NCBI GenBank assembly: GCA_048884785.1
Contig: JBHLQM010000017.1
Coordinates: forward strand, 1 to 18,183
Direction: 5' to 3'
Length of the DNA stretch: 18,183 bases
DNA from: Candidatus Thorarchaeota archaeon
GTDB taxonomy: Archaea; Asgardarchaeota; Thorarchaeia; Thorarchaeales; Thorarchaeaceae
Shown: positions 1-5,883 of the stretch, in pieces
Layout: the number at the start of each line of letters is the position of its first letter
How positions within the stretch are numbered: position 1 is the stretch's first letter
Notes under the pieces: generated by a model
Told to the model about the DNA's origin: nothing
What the model saw: only the letters and a program-made list of their open reading frames with translations
The model's database searches: none
Translations under genes and position numbers: made by a program

Positions 1-252
1 GTAATGCAGGTGAGTAATTAGCCTATGGATGATATGGACCGCGCTTTGAGGATTTGAGATCTCCTTCTCTGGTATAGAGAGTTCCACTTCAATTGTGGAT
101 GCTGAGTCATGAAGCTTTCTGACGAGGACTATTCTGACCCAATCACTTCTATATAGAATGTGATGCATACCATTCTCGGATTCGATCTCAGAAACATTGA
201 GGGGAGCGGCAAATGCTTGCCGATACTCCTCTCTAAGACTTGAAGCCCTCAT
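1..252 (-). CDS. Hypothetical protein, 3' end truncated by the window edge (missing from the ORF track)
   Basis: Manual translation from the ATG at 252: MRASSLREEYRQAFAAPLNVSEIESENGMHHILYRSDWVRIVLVRKLHDSASTIEVELSIPEKEISNPQSAVHIIHRLITHLHY..., open for 84 codons to position 1. Same strand as the upstream genes. Confidence 0.75.
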   Translation of the reverse strand, partial: MRASSLREEYRQAFAAPLNVSEIESENGMHHILYRSDWVRIVLVRKLHDSASTIEVELSIPEKEISNPQSAVHIIHRLITHLHY

Positions 253-281
253 ACTCAGAACCACTTTGAATAATTCTTGCT

Positions 282-464
282 TCAAGAATCTCCACTACTA
301 GTACTCAGTCCAGCAATTCCTAGACAAGTTACAGCCAATCCTATTAATCCCAGGTCAACAGCTTGACCTAGCATCGGCAAGACCATAGACATAACGCCCA
401 TTGCCAAAGCGACTGCGTAAAGAGCAATGAGTGCGATCCTTTTTGGGGACATTTGAGTTGACAT
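282..464 (-). CDS. Small two-TM membrane protein (60 aa)
   Basis: Two hydrophobic segments (IALIALYAVALAMGVMSMVLPML; LGLIGLAVTCLGIAGL). AAGGAG SD-like sequence about 12 nt upstream of the ATG. Confidence 0.75.
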   Translation of the reverse strand: MSTQMSPKRIALIALYAVALAMGVMSMVLPMLGQAVDLGLIGLAVTCLGIAGLSTSSGDS

Positions 465-635
465 CTCTTTAGTTTTCTCCTTAATAATTCACCAGGTTTT
501 CTGGTAATGAGCCGTAAATGCAAAGCAATATAATTTGATGGAATGAGCCAGATGTCAAATCAGGGAGATTTTGGATTAGAGCTTCCCCGAATCTGAACCA
601 ACTTATTCAAAAAAAGGTAGGAGATGCCAAATCAG
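454..635. repeat. Triplicated AGATG(T/C)CAA(A/C)TCA motif (two direct copies, one inverted)
   Basis: AGATGTCAAATCAG 550-563; AGATGCCAAATCAG 622-635; reverse complement AGATGTCAACTCA at 454-466. Confidence 0.6.
609..615 (-). terminator. Oligo-U (T7) archaeal-type terminator of the Lrp-family gene
   Basis: A7 on + (T7 on -) about 28 nt downstream of the TAG at 644, within a pyrimidine-rich minus-strand tract. Confidence 0.5.
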
Positions 636-643
636 AAGAGAAA

Positions 644-1546
644 CTAGGATACCACTTCAAGAATTCTGTCTTGGAGCCATTTCCGTCTTAGATCTTGAAA
701 ACTATAGCTTTCAGTTCCCATTATTGATATGGCAGATTGAACAAAATCCTGACTCTTAATCTGGCTCAAGATTGGGTTGATTTCTTTCACTTGATCAACA
801 ACAAACACAGAATACATGATCGGTTCTGAAACCGAAATGAGAGGAATCCAATGGGATACCGGGAACTCAGTATTTAGCCAAGTAATTACATCTTGCACCT
901 TTGCCTTGCGTTCATTCCATTCAATTCGTGCCATAAATACCAAGCTATTTCCGGCATTCAGACGCAGCCTAACAGTGAACCAGATTCCATTGCTCTCAAT
1001 AATTCTCTGAAGCCCTCTACGAACTGTTTTTGCCGAATATCCCGTGCAATCCGCAATCTTGCTTAATCGCATCCGTGGACGATCCATGAGACACCGAAGA
1101 ATCTTTAGCTCGCTCCTTGAGAATTCGACCTTCTTGCCCCTATCAATGAGCACTTGATGAATTTCAACCTTCATTACATGTTCAGTGGTTCTGAGAAATG
1201 TTGCTAACTCGGACAGTCCTTCCCTGCCTACATACACCGCAAATATAATGTACCCTCCACCAGAGAGTGGCCCAACTTCATTGATCATATCATGGTTCCC
1301 CAAATGTTCGATGAATTCTCGGGGAACTTCGGTTCCGTTTGTAGTGACAATCGCGACAGCCCAATCCCCATCCATATTTGCCAAGTGCGGTTCAATACTG
1401 AATTCAATTATTCCGTCCTGCAGGTAGCTTCGAATTCTTTTCTTAATGGTATTCAGGGATACTCCGTTCTTTTTAGCTATTGACTGATAAGAAAGTCTGC
1501 AATTTTGAACTAGGTCCAAAATAATCGTCTTATCCAGATGATCCAA
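644..1546 (-). CDS. Tandem (two-unit) Lrp/AsnC-family transcriptional regulator
   Basis: N-terminal HTH (LDHLDKTIILDLVQNCRLSYQSIAKKNGVSLNTIKKRI) and a second HTH (FSRSELKILRCLMDRPRMRLSKIADCTGYSAKTVRRGL), each followed by a RAM-like alpha/beta region. Start moved from 1597 to the TTG at 1546 because GGTGAG lies just upstream and Lrp homology begins there. Confidence 0.85.
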   Translation of the reverse strand: MDHLDKTIILDLVQNCRLSYQSIAKKNGVSLNTIKKRIRSYLQDGIIEFSIEPHLANMDGDWAVAIVTTNGTEVPREFIEHLGNHDMINEVGPLSGGGYIIFAVYVGREGLSELATFLRTTEHVMKVEIHQVLIDRGKKVEFSRSELKILRCLMDRPRMRLSKIADCTGYSAKTVRRGLQRIIESNGIWFTVRLRLNAGNSLVFMARIEWNERKAKVQDVITWLNTEFPVSHWIPLISVSEPIMYSVFVVDQVKEINPILSQIKSQDFVQSAISIMGTESYSFQDLRRKWLQDRILEVVS

Positions 1547-1601
1547 ACAGCTCACCAACTCCAAATTGACCTTTGCCGAGACAGAATGATACAGCATTGG
1601 T

Positions 1602-1632
1602 TAATTGAATGTATCCGTTTTGAATTCAATTA
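1602..1632. promoter_or_regulatory. 9-bp inverted repeat upstream of the Lrp gene (candidate operator)
   Basis: TAATTGAAT (1602-1610) - 13 nt - ATTCAATTA (1624-1632). AT-rich, so it could be chance. Confidence 0.3.
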
Positions 1633-1648
1633 TTGATTTCATGTGTTT

Positions 1649-2125
1649 TTAGAATTTGCCACTTTCTGCCATTGAAGCTACCTTTCTAAGAACATAGTCA
1701 AGGAATAAGTCACAGGTTGATTTCCACTTTTTCTCAACAATATACTCTCCAAGCTGATCTCCGTCACTGAAATCGACTTTGCTAAGTGTCTTACATGTTG
1801 TGCTACTGAATTTGTCTTTGAAGTCTGTGTACAGCTCAGTGACTGCTTCAATTGCAGCTCCTCTTTTTTCTGGATTATCTTCAGGGATAGAACTCATACC
1901 CTGTCCACATCTAAGTCCAATTGCCACAGAACTTCCAATGAGCAGTCCGCACGTGGTTTCACCAGAAAGAATTGCACCTAGGTATCCTGCGGTCGCCCAA
2001 GATAGTTCAGGGTTCTTTAAATCCCAGAGGTTAAGTAATGCCTGTAATGACGCCTCGGCACAAGTATAGCGGTGCATTCTCTTGTACGCTTGCGTTAGTG
2101 TTTCATCGAATTGCTCGCCTGTCAT
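1649..2125 (-). CDS. C_GCAxxG_C_C family putative redox-active protein
   Basis: Family-like Cys layout: YTCAEA, GYLGAI..GETTCGLLIG, FSSTTCKTL, KSTCDLF; 158 aa, predominantly helical. Confidence 0.8.
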   Translation of the reverse strand: MTGEQFDETLTQAYKRMHRYTCAEASLQALLNLWDLKNPELSWATAGYLGAILSGETTCGLLIGSSVAIGLRCGQGMSSIPEDNPEKRGAAIEAVTELYTDFKDKFSSTTCKTLSKVDFSDGDQLGEYIVEKKWKSTCDLFLDYVLRKVASMAESGKF

Positions 2126-2139
2126 AACGTTGCCAATGG

Positions 2140-2189
2140 GGAGTTCTGCTAATTAGTGTTTCTTGATAGAACAACTTATGCAGAACTCC
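2140..2189. other. 50-nt inverted repeat / stem-loop between two co-oriented genes
   Basis: GGAGTTCTGC (2140-2149) is a perfect inverted repeat of GCAGAACTCC (2180-2189); the inner arms TGTTTCT/AGAACA also pair with one bulge. Confidence 0.65.
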
Positions 2190-2198
2190 GTAAGAAAC

Positions 2199-2747
2199 CT
2201 AGAATGTGAAATTCAGTTCATTTGGAGATGTGGTCAGAATTGCTTCATTCCCAGCTCCCCATACAAACAAGACTCGGGAATACAACACTGTTCCCTCTGT
2301 AATAGATGGTGAGAATATTGTGGCGTCATCATTGATGTATTCAATCACAACGCTTTCACCAGGCCTCACAGTGATTGGAACAAAGGTCAAGTATGCCTGA
2401 GTGAGATTGAGTGTAACCAAGGCGTTGAATGTCCCATTGAAGTATATTGTCGTACGTAATGCACTGAGATAATCAATCGTTGAATCACCATTGTTGGTTA
2501 TATTGACAAGTATCCGCACATAGAATGGATGATTCGGATTATTGCTAGGCATAAAGTCTTGCCAATACTCTGCCTCAGCAAACAGAACTACATCGCCAAT
2601 TTCAGTAGGTGGTATCTCACCTGCAGGTAATTCATTGGGAGGCGGCACCTGAGGGAATGCCGAGCCACCTAGCAGCAAAGAAAGACCCGTCACACCTACA
2701 ATAGCTGTAACCAAGACAATTGAAGCCATTATTTTTCGATCTATCAT
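2199..2747 (-). CDS. Secreted or membrane-anchored hypothetical protein, probably Ig-like beta-sandwich
   Basis: N-terminal basic plus hydrophobic segment, Pro-rich linker (PQVPPPNELPAGEIPP), beta-strand pattern (ILVNITNNGDS...VRPGESVVI), several N-x-S/T sequons (NIT, NGT, NLT). Confidence 0.75.
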   Translation of the reverse strand: MIDRKIMASIVLVTAIVGVTGLSLLLGGSAFPQVPPPNELPAGEIPPTEIGDVVLFAEAEYWQDFMPSNNPNHPFYVRILVNITNNGDSTIDYLSALRTTIYFNGTFNALVTLNLTQAYLTFVPITVRPGESVVIEYINDDATIFSPSITEGTVLYSRVLFVWGAGNEAILTTSPNELNFTF

Positions 2748-2886
2748 GATTTGTCATTGTTCAGTGAAGCTTCAATTGATATAATACCAGAGTTTCGAAC
2801 ACACTGTACAGTATATAGAACATGCAATTCAATCATTTGAACAGCCTAGCAAAACTTGGATTCTAATGAGTCTGCACTCCAGCTTT

Positions 2887-3147
2887 CTAGTCACAGCGAG
2901 TCCAATTTGGTTCTTCCTCACCACAGTACACCCAACGAAGCAGTCCGGTCATATTCCTCGATAGAGCTGGAATGAAGTCCTGAACATAGCCCTCTTCTAT
3001 ACAAAACTTCTCACGCCAGAGTGCTTCAAGGTCTTCTTTTGGGAATGAGTTTTTCTTTAGTAGCTCACGGGCTTCTGTGGCTGATATACCGAGGTGCTCA
3101 TGTATCCATAGCTGCCATTCGTGAGGATTTGTGGGATAGAAACTCAT
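2887..3147 (-). CDS. Hypothetical Trp-rich protein (86 aa)
   Basis: The ORF track gives a TTG start at 3255. The ATG at 3147 (MSFYPTNPHEWQLW...), preceded by GGGAG, is preferred because it leaves room for a divergent promoter. Confidence 0.65.
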   Translation of the reverse strand: MSFYPTNPHEWQLWIHEHLGISATEARELLKKNSFPKEDLEALWREKFCIEEGYVQDFIPALSRNMTGLLRWVYCGEEEPNWTRCD

Positions 3148-3256
3148 TATCTTCGATGTCTCCCAAAAGTATGTACTAGTATCAAGTGATTTCTCTTGTC
3201 GATAGAATACATTTTTACGAATGAATGCGTACATAATAACGGATTCGGTGGACAAA

Positions 3257-3376
3257 ATGGCACAAGAGGAAAAGCAAAGCTTGGATGCTGCTCACTGCAT
3301 GATTATCCTGCTGCTGTTCATCAATGCTTGGTTGTTGTTCAAGATTCTAATCGCGCTTGGAGGTACCTTTCCGTAA
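3257..3376 (+). CDS. Small single-TM membrane peptide (39 aa), below the ORF-track cutoff
   Basis: MAQEEKQSLDAAHCMIILLLFINAWLLFKILIALGGTFP*; GGTGGA SD-like sequence 4 nt before the ATG; charged N-terminus then about 20 hydrophobic residues. Confidence 0.65.
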   Translation: MAQEEKQSLDAAHCMIILLLFINAWLLFKILIALGGTFP

Positions 3377-3410
3377 ACACTGATATACTGGTACCGATTT
3401 CCCCCAACCT

Positions 3411-4748
3411 ATGAGGTTCTACGAGCCAGCTGATTCTCAGCCTTGCTATTATTGTAAGAAGATACACGCTAAGGAATCAGAGTATCCAGTACGAGATGGA
3501 GTATACACATTCGAGAACTACGTCTTTCGGTGCAACTGGCATTCGAGATTCAAATGCTCGCGCTGCGGTAAGGAGCATCACTTCAGCTGGTTCTACTGGT
3601 GTCCGGAGAATCAAGAACTCGTCTGCGGATCTTGCAACAAACCTTGGCTCCATCCAGTGAAATTCTGGGATTGGACATACGCATACGAATTTCAATGTCA
3701 ATCTTGTTCTGAAACCCATTATGATGTCCTCTATAGTGAATACTGTGGCCTGCATCCATGGCAAGTTGGGTTTTACAAGTTGAAGACTGCGCTGGGGACT
3801 TCACATCCTTGGGAACCGATGTGGTGTGTTGAAGAATCCCGGTCTGGAGAACCCATTAGTCTGGAGGAATCACTGAAAATAGAAAATAGAGTTTTGAATC
3901 TTAGAAAGGAATTCCATGTATACGAACCACGAAGTGCAATCATTCCTGAATCTGAGATAAAGGAATCAGTAGCGCAGGCCGCCTGGGAAGGTTTTAGTGA
4001 ACATTGGCTGGCTATTTCTAATCAAGAGCAACTAGATGATGGCGATCCAAACCGTAGATATGTAATCGATCCCTCTCTCATGAGTTTGATTGGTTCAGTT
4101 GATGGGCTTAGGGTTCTTGATGCTGGATGTGGGAATGGATATCTATCTCGAAGACTAGCTTCTCTAGGAGCTGAGGTTACTGGTGTCGATTTTACCGGTC
4201 CATTCATTGAATACTGCAAGCAACGCGAGTCTGAGAACCCTCTAGGTTGTTCTTTTGTCCAAGTTTCCATTGATGATCTCTCTTTCTTTGAAACTGGTCA
4301 TTTCGATCTTGTTGTGTCGAATGTTGTCATTGGAGATGTTATAAACTACAAGCAGGCATTTCGAGAGATATTTAGAGTCCTCAAGGATAATGGACGATTC
4401 ATTTGGTCTAACACCCATCCTATCTTTGGGTCTCTGCGTGCATTTGATTTTAAACTCCCACTGGATTCACACCGCCAAGAAGAGAGATTCTGTAAATTCG
4501 TAGACCGCTACTTCGATTCGGGTGGCCAATCATTCAATTGGGACGGCCATGAAATATGGTTTGTGGATAGAACACTATCTGAATACAGTAAGGCTCTGAA
4601 AGACACTGGCTTTGCTATTTCAGAGATTATTGAACCCAAACCGTCAATTCGGGCAATTCAAGAGAATCCTAGATTCCTGGCCTTTGATGCTGATAGGTGG
4701 AGTCACTTCATTATCTTTGAGTGTATAAAGCTTCAAAAAACCCATTAG
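3411..4748 (+). CDS. Class I SAM-dependent methyltransferase with an N-terminal Cys/His-rich (putative multi-zinc) domain
   Basis: Motif I VLDAGCGNG, motif II FDLVVSN, motif III LKDNGRF; C-terminal 'RTLSEYSKALKDTGFAISEIIEPKP'. The N-terminal 115 aa carry 11 Cys in CxxC/CxxH pairs. Confidence 0.85.
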   Translation: MRFYEPADSQPCYYCKKIHAKESEYPVRDGVYTFENYVFRCNWHSRFKCSRCGKEHHFSWFYWCPENQELVCGSCNKPWLHPVKFWDWTYAYEFQCQSCSETHYDVLYSEYCGLHPWQVGFYKLKTALGTSHPWEPMWCVEESRSGEPISLEESLKIENRVLNLRKEFHVYEPRSAIIPESEIKESVAQAAWEGFSEHWLAISNQEQLDDGDPNRRYVIDPSLMSLIGSVDGLRVLDAGCGNGYLSRRLASLGAEVTGVDFTGPFIEYCKQRESENPLGCSFVQVSIDDLSFFETGHFDLVVSNVVIGDVINYKQAFREIFRVLKDNGRFIWSNTHPIFGSLRAFDFKLPLDSHRQEERFCKFVDRYFDSGGQSFNWDGHEIWFVDRTLSEYSKALKDTGFAISEIIEPKPSIRAIQENPRFLAFDADRWSHFIIFECIKLQKTH

Positions 4749-4781
4749 CACACATATCTCTAATCATCTTGTGGTGTAGCA

Positions 4782-5738
4782 TTGAGAGTTTTTCTTCTAG
4801 GTGGCACAGGTCTTCTTGGATCTCATCTTCTTCCTCTATTGCTGGAAAGAGGACACAATGTCACTGTATTGACACGAAGTCGTTCAAAGCTTGAATATCT
4901 AGAATCATGCGGAGCCAGTGCAATTGTTGGGGACCTTCTCAAACCGAATGAATTCATGTCTTCACTAATTCCTCACGAGATTGTAGTGAACATCGCAATG
5001 CCTTTTGCATTTGGTCGAATGTCCAAATCAACGTTCAACAAGATGAGAGAAAACACAACTAGATTCGTTGCGAATGCACTAGCCATTGGTGAAGAATTCA
5101 AATGCCCAACAATTCTTACTTTAGGAACCAGCTACAAGACTGGTCCGGGTGAGGTTGCAGATGAAACATGGCCAATCGAGAGATTTGGCATAACACTTGC
5201 TGGGGCGGATGCTGACGCCATCATTAACAGAGCCATTGAGAACGGTCAACCAATCATCCAGATGATTCCAGGACAAATATATGGTCCCGGCGGGAATTTC
5301 ATGATGATGTATGAAATGATGATGTCTGGAAGATTCGGAATTTTTGGGAAAGGCGACAATTACATTCCTCGAATCCATGTGGAAGACTGTGCAAATGCAT
5401 ACTTGCTAGCCATAGAAAAGAATCCTGTAGGAGAGAAATATATCATCGCCGATGATACTCCTTGCACAACAAGGGAGTTTTCGGAATACATGGCATTTTG
5501 TGGTGGCAAACCTGCCCCGAGAACACTTCCGAATTTCGTTGCGCGACTTGTTCTGGGGAATCTTTTGCTTGAAACTCTTAATATGAATTGTATTGTTTCA
5601 AATGCAAAAGCGAAATTTGAACTCGGATGGGATTTGAAGTATCCCTCGTATCGGGAAGGCTTGGAAGATGTCATCTCAAGACTTCAAGATTCCTCTTTGG
5701 ACGGCGAGAAACGAACGGGCTCCAAGTATAATAGCTAA
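4782..5738 (+). CDS. NAD-dependent epimerase/dehydratase family (atypical/extended SDR)
   Basis: GGTGLLG Rossmann motif, PGQIYGPG, IHVEDCANA, C-terminal SNAKAKFELGWDLKYPSYREGL. TTG start after GTGGTG. Confidence 0.85.
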   Translation: MRVFLLGGTGLLGSHLLPLLLERGHNVTVLTRSRSKLEYLESCGASAIVGDLLKPNEFMSSLIPHEIVVNIAMPFAFGRMSKSTFNKMRENTTRFVANALAIGEEFKCPTILTLGTSYKTGPGEVADETWPIERFGITLAGADADAIINRAIENGQPIIQMIPGQIYGPGGNFMMMYEMMMSGRFGIFGKGDNYIPRIHVEDCANAYLLAIEKNPVGEKYIIADDTPCTTREFSEYMAFCGGKPAPRTLPNFVARLVLGNLLLETLNMNCIVSNAKAKFELGWDLKYPSYREGLEDVISRLQDSSLDGEKRTGSKYNS

Positions 5739-5883
5739 TTTCCTCAGATTGCACATAGATCATAAGTGCATTCTCTTCCGATTAGATGAAACAAGAGCAT
5801 CCCATTGCCGAAGTTCTAGGGTTTTTATTGGATGTAAGCAGATATTGCGATACTTCTGAAATGAAATTCTGGAGGGTGTGCCA

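Noticed and set aside
454-635. CRISPR array or transposon ends as an explanation of the repeats
   Set aside because: The repeats are only 13-14 bp, few and irregular; there are no cas or transposase genes and no target-site duplication.
3196-3414. 72-aa plus-strand ORF ending in an ATGA overlap with the methyltransferase
   Set aside because: TTG start, no protein-like features, and it overlaps the more convincing 39-aa TM ORF in another frame.
4746-4784. Possible TAG read-through fusing the methyltransferase to the in-frame SDR
   Set aside because: An in-frame TAA follows four codons after the TAG.
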